Translations under genes and position numbers: made by a program | Notes under the pieces: model-generated | What the model was told of the DNA's origin: nothing | What the model saw: the letters and a program-made list of their open reading frames with translations, nothing else | Database searches by the model: none | Part shown: positions 39,116 through 48,999 of the stretch, in pieces | Position numbering within the stretch: position 1 is the stretch's first letter | How the letters are laid out: each line of letters starts with the position of its first letter | Source of the DNA: Candidatus Obscuribacteraceae bacterium | GTDB taxonomy: Bacteria; Cyanobacteriota; Vampirovibrionia; Obscuribacterales; Obscuribacteraceae | DNA: 64,000 bases | Direction: 5' to 3' | Assembly: GCA_044229845.1 (NCBI GenBank) | Contig: JBGASG010000008.1 | Span: 32,001-96,000, forward strand

Positions 39116-41110
39116 TTGGAAGTTTCACCCGTGCTTCAAAATGCGTACTGGATTGTGCTGGCGCCATTCATCGCCGGCGCCGTCATCATCCTCGGTGCGC
39201 GAGCGAGCAAAACTATGTCGATGCTGCTGTCAATAGCGGCAGTTGCATATGGCTTCGTGCATTCGCTGTTGATCTTCAATACCCTGCACGGCAACCCGGT
39301 TCCATATCAAGTCAACTGGGACTGGTTCGTCTCCGACAGTTTCAAGCTGTCAGTCGGACTGCTTGTCGACAACCTCGCATCCGTCATGTTGATCGTCGTC
39401 ACCGCCGTCAGCTTGCTGGTGCAGATATATACGCATGGCTACATGCGTGAAGATCCGGGCTACTCCCGCTTCTACTCATACCTGTCTTTGTTCACCGGCT
39501 CGATGCTGGGACTGGTGGTCGCCACCAACTTATTTCAGATGTATCTATTTTGGGAACTGGTGGGGGTTTGCAGTTATTTCCTGATTGGCTTCTGGTGGTA
39601 CAAGCCAAGTGCCGCTGCCGCTTGCCTTAAAGCATTTGTTGTCAACCGCGTCGGCGACTTCGGGTTTCTTGTTGGCATCTTGATGTTCCTGGCCGCCACC
39701 ATGGGATTCTGGTCGGCACACGCCGATCATGGATTGCTGATGTTCACCGACCCCACAGGTGGTGGCATCGATCTCACCGGCGCCATGCGCTGGGCATTGA
39801 CCGAAGGCTCCGGTCATCTGACCACATCACTTCTGACCGTCATTTCGCTCTTGATCTTTACGGGACCGATGGCAAAATCGGCGCAGCTACCTTTGCATGT
39901 ATGGCTGCCTGATGCGATGGAAGGTCCGACACCAATCTCCGCACTGATCCATGCCGCCACCATGGTGGCAGCCGGAGTCTACCTGGTGGCACGTGCCTAT
40001 CCTCTCTGGCTCAACTGGGCAGACCCCGCCAATCCGACCACGGTCGACTCGGCGGGACTCAATTTCGTTGCCTGGATCGGCACGTTGACGGCATTGATGG
40101 CCGCCATCATCGCTTGCAGCCAGTACGACATCAAACGCATTCTCGCCTGGTCCACAGTCTCGCAGCTCGGCTACATGTTCGCCGGTCTGGGAGTTGGTGC
40201 CTTCACCGGCGGTATGTTCCACCTCTTCAACCACGCCTTCTTCAAAGCCATGCTCTTCCTGTGCAGCGGCGCCGTCATCCATGCTCTGCACGACGAGCAG
40301 GATGTGCGCAACATGGGCGGGTTGAAGAAATATATGCCGATCACTTACTGGTGTTGTTTGATTGGCACCATATCCATCTCGGGCGTGCCGGGCTTCAGCG
40401 GTTTCTTCTCTAAAGATGAGATCATCGGCGGTGCCTGGGATGCAGGCGCCAAGGGCGTCGCGTGGATCCTTATATTCACCGCCGGACTGACGGCGTTCTA
40501 TATGTTCCGCATGCTTTTCATGGCTTTCCACGGCGAGTATCGCGGCACAGTCAAGCCTCACCACGAAAAGTTCGGCGTCGTCACGGCACCACTTTGTGCC
40601 CTGGCAGTGCCATCGATCGTCAGCGGTTTCCTGGGCACCAGCATGAACTTCTGGCAAGGTCAGCCGTACACGACACCGTTCGGCAACTTCCTCTATTTCC
40701 AGCATCCGCACTTCCCGGAGATTAACTGGACACCGGTGGCGTTATCAATCGGCGCCGCCTTTATAGGGATAGCCCTGGCCGGCCTGGTGTATGTGTCGCG
40801 CACGTTGAAGATCAACGACTGGTTTATCGAGAACGCGCGCCCACTCTACAACCTGTCGTTCAACAAATTCTACTGGGACAATATCTATCTGGGACTTGTG
40901 AACAAGCTGCTGCTGCCTTTCTTCACGCTGTCCTGGCAGTGGGTCGATATGTACATAGTCGACAACCTGGTCAATTTGAACCGCACGGTCGTGCTGGGCA
41001 CGAGCGAAACGCTTCGTCTCTCCGAAAACGGGCGTGGACAGTTCTACGCGATGATTATCTTTGCCTGCGTAGCCGGCATTACGTTGTTTGTTTACCTGAC
41101 CCACAATTAG
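39116..41110 (+). CDS. nuoL: NADH-quinone oxidoreductase subunit L / NdhF
   Basis: WELVGVCSYFLIGFW, NRVGDFG, KSAQLPLHVWLPDAMEGPTPISALIHAATMV, HAFFKA. Confidence 0.95.
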   Translation: MEVSPVLQNAYWIVLAPFIAGAVIILGARASKTMSMLLSIAAVAYGFVHSLLIFNTLHGNPVPYQVNWDWFVSDSFKLSVGLLVDNLASVMLIVVTAVSLLVQIYTHGYMREDPGYSRFYSYLSLFTGSMLGLVVATNLFQMYLFWELVGVCSYFLIGFWWYKPSAAAACLKAFVVNRVGDFGFLVGILMFLAATMGFWSAHADHGLLMFTDPTGGGIDLTGAMRWALTEGSGHLTTSLLTVISLLIFTGPMAKSAQLPLHVWLPDAMEGPTPISALIHAATMVAAGVYLVARAYPLWLNWADPANPTTVDSAGLNFVAWIGTLTALMAAIIACSQYDIKRILAWSTVSQLGYMFAGLGVGAFTGGMFHLFNHAFFKAMLFLCSGAVIHALHDEQDVRNMGGLKKYMPITYWCCLIGTISISGVPGFSGFFSKDEIIGGAWDAGAKGVAWILIFTAGLTAFYMFRMLFMAFHGEYRGTVKPHHEKFGVVTAPLCALAVPSIVSGFLGTSMNFWQGQPYTTPFGNFLYFQHPHFPEINWTPVALSIGAAFIGIALAGLVYVSRTLKINDWFIENARPLYNLSFNKFYWDNIYLGLVNKLLLPFFTLSWQWVDMYIVDNLVNLNRTVVLGTSETLRLSENGRGQFYAMIIFACVAGITLFVYLTHN

Positions 41111-41120
41111 CGAGCGAAAA

Positions 41121-41405
41121 ATGGCTGACGCACATAAAGACGACGATCACGGACACGCTCACGGTCATGGCGACGATCATGGACATGGTCACGGCGCCGC
41201 CGCCGGCGACATCATTTCGGAAGACAGCCCCCAGGACATGGTCCTGACATTAATGGCAATGTTAACGTTGGCGGGGCTGATGACTATGATGTTCTGGTTC
41301 TACCAGCCGGGCGGCGAACCGCCTGCGCACCATGCTGGCGGCGCAGAAACTCACATTCCTGCGTCCACCGATGGTGAAGGGACTCCCAGCGGTGAACACC
41401 ACTAG
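41121..41405 (+). CDS. Small His-rich single-pass membrane protein
   Basis: HGHAHGHGDDHGHGH N-terminus and one TM helix; 10 bp after nuoL. Confidence 0.72.
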   Translation: MADAHKDDDHGHAHGHGDDHGHGHGAAAGDIISEDSPQDMVLTLMAMLTLAGLMTMMFWFYQPGGEPPAHHAGGAETHIPASTDGEGTPSGEHH

Positions 41406-41896
41406 CGGAGCCCATCCCGGTCCGTGCAAGAACGGGAATTGACTTCCTCCCTGACGGGATTCCGGCTAAGCGACTGACACGGTGGGTTCCTGCTTCATCG
41501 AGCTCCGAGATTTCTCTCGAATTCATTCGCTCTCCACAGGCTCAACGGGCGAGCCCAGCCCTGATCGACCCGGTAACCACCGGATCCATACATATGTATA
41601 GCACAGACTAGTGAGTCACGCAAGTTGATGTTTGGCTTCGCTTCGGCTCCGCGGGCGATGCCCATCGAATCGGATTGTTGATGCATTTGAGATTTACGAT
41701 CCATGCAAACAAGGGGAAGTCAGGCGGGCTTTGTGTTATTCTTTCCCTTCGTCGGTGAGTAGGGAAGCCAGCAGGCTTGAGTTTTGCCCGATTCACCGCC
41801 GCGACCACATACGGTCGGCGGATGCCCATTCGCCCCGTACACCGCGAAAAATAAGGGTTCCCCAAATTTGAGCTTGGGGATAGGAGAAAAGGATAA

Positions 41897-43897
41897 ATGC
41901 AGGAAGTCACTATCGGAATCGGAGGAGCCGCCGGCGACGGCTTGGACAAATCCGGTGACACCTTAGCGAAAACCGCTGGTAGACAAGGTCTCCACGTTTA
42001 CGCTTACAACAGCTATCAGTCGATCATCCGCGGCGGACATATTTGGCTGCGAGTGAGAATCGGCGACCAGAAGGTTCTTAACCACGGCGACCGCCTGACG
42101 GCACTGGTCGCACTCAATCAAGACACCATCGAACGGCATGCGCCCGAAGTCGATGACAACGGCTACATCATCTTCAACAGCGAAAAGCTGAAACTCGACC
42201 CGACCCTTGTTAAAGGCAAAAACGTGCAAGTGCTCGCCATGCCGATGAAGCAAGTGGTGGCTGAAGTCGAAAAAGAACACGGACCGATTCAACCGATCAT
42301 GCAGAACACTGTCATGGTCGGCGCCGTGCTCTTCTTGACCCAGATAGATTTCGAAACGGCCGCCGGTGTGTTGAAGGACACCTTCAGCCACAAAGGCGAC
42401 AAGATCATCGACCTCAACGTCGGTCTCCTGCGTGCCGGGTATGAATACGCGAAAGCTTCGTTCAAGACCGACATCAAAGGCTGGAACGTCGAGAAAGTAC
42501 GCCGCCCGTTCGTCACCGGCAACGAAGCCATCGCTATCGCTGCTGCTGCCGCCGGCTGCAAGTTCTACTCCGCGTACCCGATGACTCCCGCCTCCTCCAT
42601 CCTGCACTGGATGGCCACCCACGGCGAGAAAGCCGGCGTCTGCGTCAAGCAAGCTGAAGACGAAATCGCCGTTATGAACATGGCGGTCGGTGCCGGCATC
42701 GGCGGTGTACGCAGCATGTGCGCCACCTCCGGTGGTGGCTTCGCTCTGATGACCGAAGCAGTCGGTATGGCCGGTATCATGGAAGTGCCGGTAGTCTGCG
42801 TCGAAGTGCAGCGCGGTGGACCATCCACCGGTTTGCCCACAAAGACGGAACAGGCTGACCTCAACCAGGTCTACGGCGCCTCGCAAGGCGAATTCCCGAG
42901 ACTGATCGTGCATCCGCTGACCACGGCAGATTGTTTCAACGCCACAGTCGAAGCTTTTCACTTAGCCGACAAATATCAAATGCCCGTGCTGTTCATGTCC
43001 GACTTGCTGCTTTCCGAGCACCCTGAAACTGTCGATGCGGAAGTCTTCAAACAGAAGATCACCATCGACCGCGGCAAGATCGTCAAAGACTGGCCGGAAA
43101 CCAACGGCAAGTTCAAACGCTTCCTGTTCACCAAAGATGGTGTGTCACCGCGGACGGTGCCCGGCACCCCGAACACGATCTTCACATCGGGCAGCGACGA
43201 TCATGACGAACGCGGCATTCTTATCTCCGACATGTTCACCTCACCGCCCGTGCGCCGCATGATCATGCAAAAGCGCATGCGCAAAGTGGAGAACCTGCTC
43301 AAAGAACTGCCGGCGCCCAAACTGGAAGGACCGGCTGACGCCGATCTGACACTCGTCACCTGGGGCTCCAGCTACGGCGTCGTCAAGGAAGCGGCAGAAT
43401 TGCTCACCGCCTCCGGCACCAAGACCAACGTCCTGGCTATCAAGTACATCGCTCCTTTCCATACAAAGGAAGTGACCGAGATCCTCAGCAAGTGCAAGAA
43501 GAAGTTCTCCGTCGAACTCAACTTCACCAGCATGATGGCCCGTCATATCAAAGCCGAAACCGGCATCTCAATGGATGCGCACATCAACAAATACGATGGC
43601 GAACCAATCGAGCCCGCCTATGTCGTCGAGCACGTCAAACGCGTGCTGGGCAACAAGCCGTTTATCCTCGATGCGCATGAAGATGAAGCACGCGAAATCG
43701 CGTATCACTACCTGCGCACCCATGCCGCCGAGAAGCTGCGTCCGACGACAGTTTCCAGCGAACCGGCGAACGGCAAAGGCGAACCGATCTATAAGGTCGA
43801 ATTGATCGAGAGAGCAACCGGCAATCACGCCGGCGTCATCCGCGTCGGCGTGGAGACGGGCTCTACCTATTCGTTCGAACCCGTTGAAAGCAAGTAA
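41897..43897 (+). CDS. korA: 2-oxoacid:ferredoxin oxidoreductase alpha subunit (fused gamma domain)
   Basis: GGAAGDG, IIRGGH, YPMTP, QAEDEI, TSGGG, QRGGPSTGLPT. Confidence 0.93.
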   Translation: MQEVTIGIGGAAGDGLDKSGDTLAKTAGRQGLHVYAYNSYQSIIRGGHIWLRVRIGDQKVLNHGDRLTALVALNQDTIERHAPEVDDNGYIIFNSEKLKLDPTLVKGKNVQVLAMPMKQVVAEVEKEHGPIQPIMQNTVMVGAVLFLTQIDFETAAGVLKDTFSHKGDKIIDLNVGLLRAGYEYAKASFKTDIKGWNVEKVRRPFVTGNEAIAIAAAAAGCKFYSAYPMTPASSILHWMATHGEKAGVCVKQAEDEIAVMNMAVGAGIGGVRSMCATSGGGFALMTEAVGMAGIMEVPVVCVEVQRGGPSTGLPTKTEQADLNQVYGASQGEFPRLIVHPLTTADCFNATVEAFHLADKYQMPVLFMSDLLLSEHPETVDAEVFKQKITIDRGKIVKDWPETNGKFKRFLFTKDGVSPRTVPGTPNTIFTSGSDDHDERGILISDMFTSPPVRRMIMQKRMRKVENLLKELPAPKLEGPADADLTLVTWGSSYGVVKEAAELLTASGTKTNVLAIKYIAPFHTKEVTEILSKCKKKFSVELNFTSMMARHIKAETGISMDAHINKYDGEPIEPAYVVEHVKRVLGNKPFILDAHEDEAREIAYHYLRTHAAEKLRPTTVSSEPANGKGEPIYKVELIERATGNHAGVIRVGVETGSTYSFEPVESK

Positions 43898-43915
43898 TGA
43901 GAGGTTTCCAAATCC

Positions 43916-44794
43916 ATGGCTACTACGCTTGAATTAACAGTCGAAACCTTCAAGGGTCCAGTCGATCCCGACTGGTGCCCGGGATGCGGCGACTTCGGTG
44001 TGCTGCGTTCGCTGCAAACAGCAGCCGCGCAAATCGGAGTGCAGCCCAAGGACTTGATGGTTGTATCCGGCATCGGCTGCTCGTCGAACCTACCCGGATT
44101 CATCAATGCCTACGGCATCCATAGTCTGCACGGTCGTTCGATTCCGGTCGCCACCGGTGTGCATTTCGCCAACACAGACATGAAAACGGTCGTCACCGGC
44201 GGTGACGGCGACGGCTACGGTATCGGTGTCGGTCACTTGATCCACGCCATGCGCCGCAATCTGGACCTCACCTATTTCGTGATGGACAACCAGATTTATG
44301 GTTTGACCACCGGTCAGGCCTCGCCGACCACCACCCGCGGTCACAAAACCAAATCCACTCCTAAGGGCAACGCGGAAATTCCGCTCAACCCGATTGCACT
44401 GGCAATTACAGCAGGCGCTACCTTTGTGGCTCGCGGATTCTCCGGCGAAGCCAAACAACTGGTGGACCTGATGGCTCAAGCCATGCAGCACAAAGGATTT
44501 GCTCTGATCGACATCTTCAGCCCCTGCGTCACCTACAACAAGGTGAACACCTATCCCTGGTTCAAAGAGCGCGTATATAAGTTGGAAGAGACCGACCACG
44601 ATCCGTCCGACCACAAACAAGCGTTCGCCAAAGCCTTGGAATGGGGCGACAAGATTCCGCTGGGAGTGATCTATAAAGAAGAACAGGTCACGTATGAAGA
44701 CACCGAACCGGTGCTGCAACGCGGACCGCTGGTGAAGCAGCCGCTCGGCTTGGCTCCGGACGTGCTCAATGACTTCATCGAAGAGATGATCTAG
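43916..44794 (+). CDS. korB: 2-oxoacid:ferredoxin oxidoreductase beta subunit
   Basis: WCPGCGD, SGIGCS, GDGD, DNQIYGLTTGQASPT, SPCVTYN. Confidence 0.95.
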   Translation: MATTLELTVETFKGPVDPDWCPGCGDFGVLRSLQTAAAQIGVQPKDLMVVSGIGCSSNLPGFINAYGIHSLHGRSIPVATGVHFANTDMKTVVTGGDGDGYGIGVGHLIHAMRRNLDLTYFVMDNQIYGLTTGQASPTTTRGHKTKSTPKGNAEIPLNPIALAITAGATFVARGFSGEAKQLVDLMAQAMQHKGFALIDIFSPCVTYNKVNTYPWFKERVYKLEETDHDPSDHKQAFAKALEWGDKIPLGVIYKEEQVTYEDTEPVLQRGPLVKQPLGLAPDVLNDFIEEMI

Positions 44795-44818
44795 GGAAGA
44801 AACCCTCTTATAGCCTTC

Positions 44819-44850
44819 GGGGCATGCCGTCAGGCGTGCCCCTTTGCTTT
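44819..44850 (+). terminator. Intrinsic terminator after korB
   Basis: GGGGCATGCC-GTCA-GGCGTGCCCC stem followed by TTTGCTTT. Confidence 0.7.
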
Positions 44851-44901
44851 GAGCCACGGGGTTTCATCAGATATGATGAAACAGGCACCACGAGCGATCG
44901 T

Positions 44902-46881
44902 ATGACCGACCAAAACTACCAGCTCGAAAACGAAGCACCCGCCCAGCACCTTCAGCCTGGCACCATCCTCGATGGCAAGTATGAAATTCTGTCCTACATC
45001 GGATGTGGTGGCATGGGTTCGATCTACAAAGCTCGCCACAGCGAGCTGGGAAATTTGGTCGCCATCAAAATAATGCACGGCCGCTTTGCCGCCAATCCGG
45101 AGGCGGTCAAGCGATTTCAAAACGAAGCCCGATTCATCGCCAGCCTGCGCCACAAAAACATCCTGACGGTTTACAGCTTCGGCTCGATCGACGGCCTTGT
45201 CTACATGGCCATGGAGTTTGTCAAAGGTCGCTCGCTGTCCGACCGGCTTTATGATGTCGGTCCGTTTACGTCTGCAGAAGCCCTGCCGATCTTCCTCCAG
45301 GTTTGCGACGCCATGATCGCGGCTCACAAAGTCGATGTTCTGCATCGAGACCTGAAACCGGCCAACGTAATGATGGTCGAGGAAAGCGACGGCAGCGTCT
45401 GCGCCAAAGTGGTCGACTTCGGTCTGGCCAAGTTGCTCGACGGCGGCGAGGGACAGCGGCTGACGCAGACGGGGGAGGTGGTCGGTGATCCGCACTACAT
45501 GAGCCCTGAGCAGGCGCAAGGCGGCAAACTGGATGCACGCTCCGATGTTTACTCTTTTGGTTGCTTGATGTACGAGATTCTCACCGGCGAGCCGCCATTC
45601 ACGGCAGACTCACCCGTCGCCGTTCTCTACAAGCAAATCTCCGAGAACCCACAATCGTTTGCGCAACGGCAAAAACTACCGGCCGCTCTGGAAGCAATCA
45701 CATTCACATGCATGTCTAAAAGTGCCGCGCAGCGCTACGATTCGTTCGCGACACTGCAGACGGTGCTGTCCGAGTTTCTTCAAAATCCCAATTTAAAAAT
45801 CACCGCTCCGGCCAGCGGTCGAGGGACAGGACGACGCCTGATGCTGGTGACAGCCTCTATGGCTATGCTGGCGATCGCGGCGGCAGTGGGTCTGAGGCTG
45901 ATTGATGAAACATCCTCTTCCGCCGACGGAACGCCCCAAGACAGCAACTCCAGTGACGATCTGGCGAGCGCCGGCAAGCCGCCTCATGTGCCAGTCAAAC
46001 CCGTGCGAATGACTGAAGAGCGAGCTATGGCGATTATTGAAACAGGCAAGCGCACCAACGATCCGCTCACCATCGCCAAGGGAAAGGCAAAACTAGTCGA
46101 AGGACTGCATGGGGCGGGCAAATACGAGCGAGCGTTGCACGCCGGCGAGAAGGCGTTGCAGGACCCCGCACTGACGGAACAGCAACGAGCCGACGTGCAA
46201 ATTCTGGTTGCGGACACTTATTCGCGCCTGGGTCAATCACAGAAGGCGCGAGCGCTTTTTGAGCAGACGCTTGCTACGGCTCCGTCCCCCGAGCAACGCG
46301 ACGCTGCTGCGCGGCCGTTGATCGGCTGGTACATCAATAGCAAAGACTGGGCTGGTGCCGAAAGACTGATCAAAGGAATCGACCTTTCTTGGATAGCCCG
46401 CAATCGCCAGTTAAATGGAAACTACATCTACAAGATCGCCGTAGTCTGCCACCACGGCAAGCCGAATGAGGCCGAGCGACTGAAAGAGAGAATGTTGGCC
46501 GCACCATTGGACGACCTGGGCAGAACTTGCGTCCTTTACAACTTTGTGACGGCATTTTCCTCCGGCGGCGATTTAGGCCGCGCTCTTGATTGCCTGCAGG
46601 AGATGCGCGGTCTGGTCAGATCGAGCCACCATCCTCAGGTCGAGCGCATGGATATACAAAGACAGATAGCCGAAATGGCGCTGCTCTATCACGCGGAAAA
46701 ATATGACCAGGTTATCTGGAACGGCAGGACTCTCTGGGAAAAGCTGACGTCGGAACCAATCCCCAATCGCGAACAGTTGCAACAGGCTGGGCAAATCTAC
46801 GCGTCGGCTCTGCGCAGAACGGGCAAAGACAAAGAAGAACAGGCTATTTTGAAACAGCTGCACACCATCTACGGGTTCTAA
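44902..46881 (+). CDS. Hanks-type Ser/Thr kinase, TM segment, TPR-like C-terminal domain (1 of 5)
   Basis: GCGGMG, VAIK, HRDLKPAN, DFG, YMSPEQ. Confidence 0.93.
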   Translation: MTDQNYQLENEAPAQHLQPGTILDGKYEILSYIGCGGMGSIYKARHSELGNLVAIKIMHGRFAANPEAVKRFQNEARFIASLRHKNILTVYSFGSIDGLVYMAMEFVKGRSLSDRLYDVGPFTSAEALPIFLQVCDAMIAAHKVDVLHRDLKPANVMMVEESDGSVCAKVVDFGLAKLLDGGEGQRLTQTGEVVGDPHYMSPEQAQGGKLDARSDVYSFGCLMYEILTGEPPFTADSPVAVLYKQISENPQSFAQRQKLPAALEAITFTCMSKSAAQRYDSFATLQTVLSEFLQNPNLKITAPASGRGTGRRLMLVTASMAMLAIAAAVGLRLIDETSSSADGTPQDSNSSDDLASAGKPPHVPVKPVRMTEERAMAIIETGKRTNDPLTIAKGKAKLVEGLHGAGKYERALHAGEKALQDPALTEQQRADVQILVADTYSRLGQSQKARALFEQTLATAPSPEQRDAAARPLIGWYINSKDWAGAERLIKGIDLSWIARNRQLNGNYIYKIAVVCHHGKPNEAERLKERMLAAPLDDLGRTCVLYNFVTAFSSGGDLGRALDCLQEMRGLVRSSHHPQVERMDIQRQIAEMALLYHAEKYDQVIWNGRTLWEKLTSEPIPNREQLQQAGQIYASALRRTGKDKEEQAILKQLHTIYGF

Positions 46882-46885
46882 TTGC

Positions 46886-48925
46886 ATGATCTGGAGCGGC
46901 GACTTCATATCAGGTCAAGGCGGCGGCGCATCTGAATCTCTCGTGCAGACGGGCGCCATCATCGACGGCAAGTATGAAGTGGTGGCATTTGTCGGCGCCG
47001 GCGGCATGGGTTCCGTTTACAAGGCTCGACACACAGAGATGGGCAACTACGTCGCCCTAAAATTCCTGCACCCGCGTTTCGCCACCGATCCCGACGCGGT
47101 CAAAAGATTTCAGCGCGAGGCGCAAATCATCTCCGCCCTGCGCCACAAGAATATTTTATCGGTCTACGCCTTCGGCAGATACCGCGGCATGCTCTACATC
47201 GCGGTCGAGTACATCGAAGGGACTTCGCTGCACTGGTTGATTTCAGATCGAGGAAAAATCGACGTATCGATTGCCATGCCTGTCTTCCTGCAAATTTGCC
47301 AGGCCATGGAATATGCACACCACAACGATGTGCTGCACCGAGACTTGAAGCCGGACAACGTGATTTTGCTGCCCGGACAGGTCGAAACCACCGGCAGCGG
47401 CACCGTCAAAGTAGTGGACTTCGGACTGGCAAAACTTCTGGACGGCAGTGATGTTCAGAAGTTGACCAAAACCGGTGAGGTCGTCGGAGACCCCAACTAC
47501 ATGAGCCCGGAGCAGTGCCAGGGGCGTCCACTGGATGCCCGTTCGGATATCTATTCGATGGGCTGCCTCATGTACGAATGCCTCTCGGGGCAAGCTCCCT
47601 TCGTTTCAGACTCGCCAGTGGCAACGCTATACAGACACGTGTCCGAGCAACCGGACAGGTTTGCGCAGCGCTCTGGTGTGCCACCGGGGCTGGAGTCGAT
47701 CACGCTCACGTGCATGGACAAGAAACCGGACAATCGCTACGAGTCGTTTGCCGCTCTCGCTGAAGCGCTGCAGAGCTTCCAGCAGAACCCTCAACTGAAG
47801 ACCAGAGCACCACGGGCAGTGGCGGCGTTCGGTCGCTTTCCCAAACGGCAGGCATTGATCGTATACACCGTCACATTCTTGATACTGGCGGGCGGTATCG
47901 GGGCAGCGCTCTACAACTCCACACTCTCCGGGCGCGACAGCGGCAATGCCGACAGCGAATTGCTGGCGGTGGCGCGCGAGCGACTGCGGCAATATGACTT
48001 CAAACTTTCCAAAGGGCGAGAGGTCAACAAACGCGACTCGATGCAAGCCATTAAACTGGCGGAAGAACTGGGCGATACTAATGCCATGGCGCGCGCCACC
48101 ATCGCGCTTGCCGACTCATATGCCACCGAGCACCAGAGTGAGCGCGCCTATCAAGTGGTTTTGAAAGCAATAAACTTGCCCCGCCTTTCCGAAGCCACTC
48201 GCCAGCATCTGGACGCAAAAGTCGCCACCTTCGCTTATGCCTCGGGTAACTGGCAGGAAGCTGAAAGACTGTACGAACCGATTCTCGCCGACTTGCGCCG
48301 GCAGAATGCCGCCAACCAGCTGGGTAGTGGACCCGTTCAGTCGGTAATGCTTTGCCTGGCCGACGCCAAGTTTCGTATCAAGAAAGATGCCGAAGCGCGT
48401 GCTTTGCTGTCTGAACTGCACGACATGCCCTACCAACAGGAAGGCAGGCTCAACTATTACTTCATCCGCCTGCTGGAGATTTATGTAGGCAACGGCATGG
48501 ACGAGCAGGCAAATGCCCTGGTGAAGGGGCTTATGAGCGCGCAGATACCCGACAACGACAAGCTGGACGGGTTAGCCAACGCCTCGTTTTTTTATGCCGT
48601 TAATCACAGATTGCCGCAGGCTGTGGCTATCAACAAAGAGATCGTGACGCTGTCCACTGAAAGCAAGCATGCCAAAGAGTTTCCGCATGCCGACGAGGTC
48701 ATTGCTATGTTTCGGGCGCGGCAAGCTGATAAATGGGACGCGGTGCTGCAAACCGGTGCGAAACTGCAATCGCCTCTGGAGAATTCGAAAAAGCCACACT
48801 GGCCGCGCGTAGTTTGGGCAATTACTTACAGCGAATCAATGACTCGAGGCAAGTTTCCTAAAGACGAAGCCAGCCGCCCCCTGGAGCTTTTGAACATCGA
48901 CCTGCACAACAATTGGAAGTGGTGA
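46886..48925 (+). CDS. Hanks-type Ser/Thr kinase, TM segment, helical C-terminal domain (2 of 5)
   Basis: GAGGMG, HRDLKPDN, DFG, YMSPEQ. Confidence 0.93.
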   Translation: MIWSGDFISGQGGGASESLVQTGAIIDGKYEVVAFVGAGGMGSVYKARHTEMGNYVALKFLHPRFATDPDAVKRFQREAQIISALRHKNILSVYAFGRYRGMLYIAVEYIEGTSLHWLISDRGKIDVSIAMPVFLQICQAMEYAHHNDVLHRDLKPDNVILLPGQVETTGSGTVKVVDFGLAKLLDGSDVQKLTKTGEVVGDPNYMSPEQCQGRPLDARSDIYSMGCLMYECLSGQAPFVSDSPVATLYRHVSEQPDRFAQRSGVPPGLESITLTCMDKKPDNRYESFAALAEALQSFQQNPQLKTRAPRAVAAFGRFPKRQALIVYTVTFLILAGGIGAALYNSTLSGRDSGNADSELLAVARERLRQYDFKLSKGREVNKRDSMQAIKLAEELGDTNAMARATIALADSYATEHQSERAYQVVLKAINLPRLSEATRQHLDAKVATFAYASGNWQEAERLYEPILADLRRQNAANQLGSGPVQSVMLCLADAKFRIKKDAEARALLSELHDMPYQQEGRLNYYFIRLLEIYVGNGMDEQANALVKGLMSAQIPDNDKLDGLANASFFYAVNHRLPQAVAINKEIVTLSTESKHAKEFPHADEVIAMFRARQADKWDAVLQTGAKLQSPLENSKKPHWPRVVWAITYSESMTRGKFPKDEASRPLELLNIDLHNNWKW

Positions 48926-48999
48926 GTTCGGCATAAGTCCTTTTCAGGGAATATTATGGGGGTAGGAAAGTTCGCCGCAATTACTGACTGGACCGACCC

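Noticed and set aside
41963..42961. Long antisense ORFs (also 23364-24338, 58542-59672, 35232-36278, 15434-16315)
   Set aside because: Shadows of well-supported genes on the opposite strand in GC-rich DNA.
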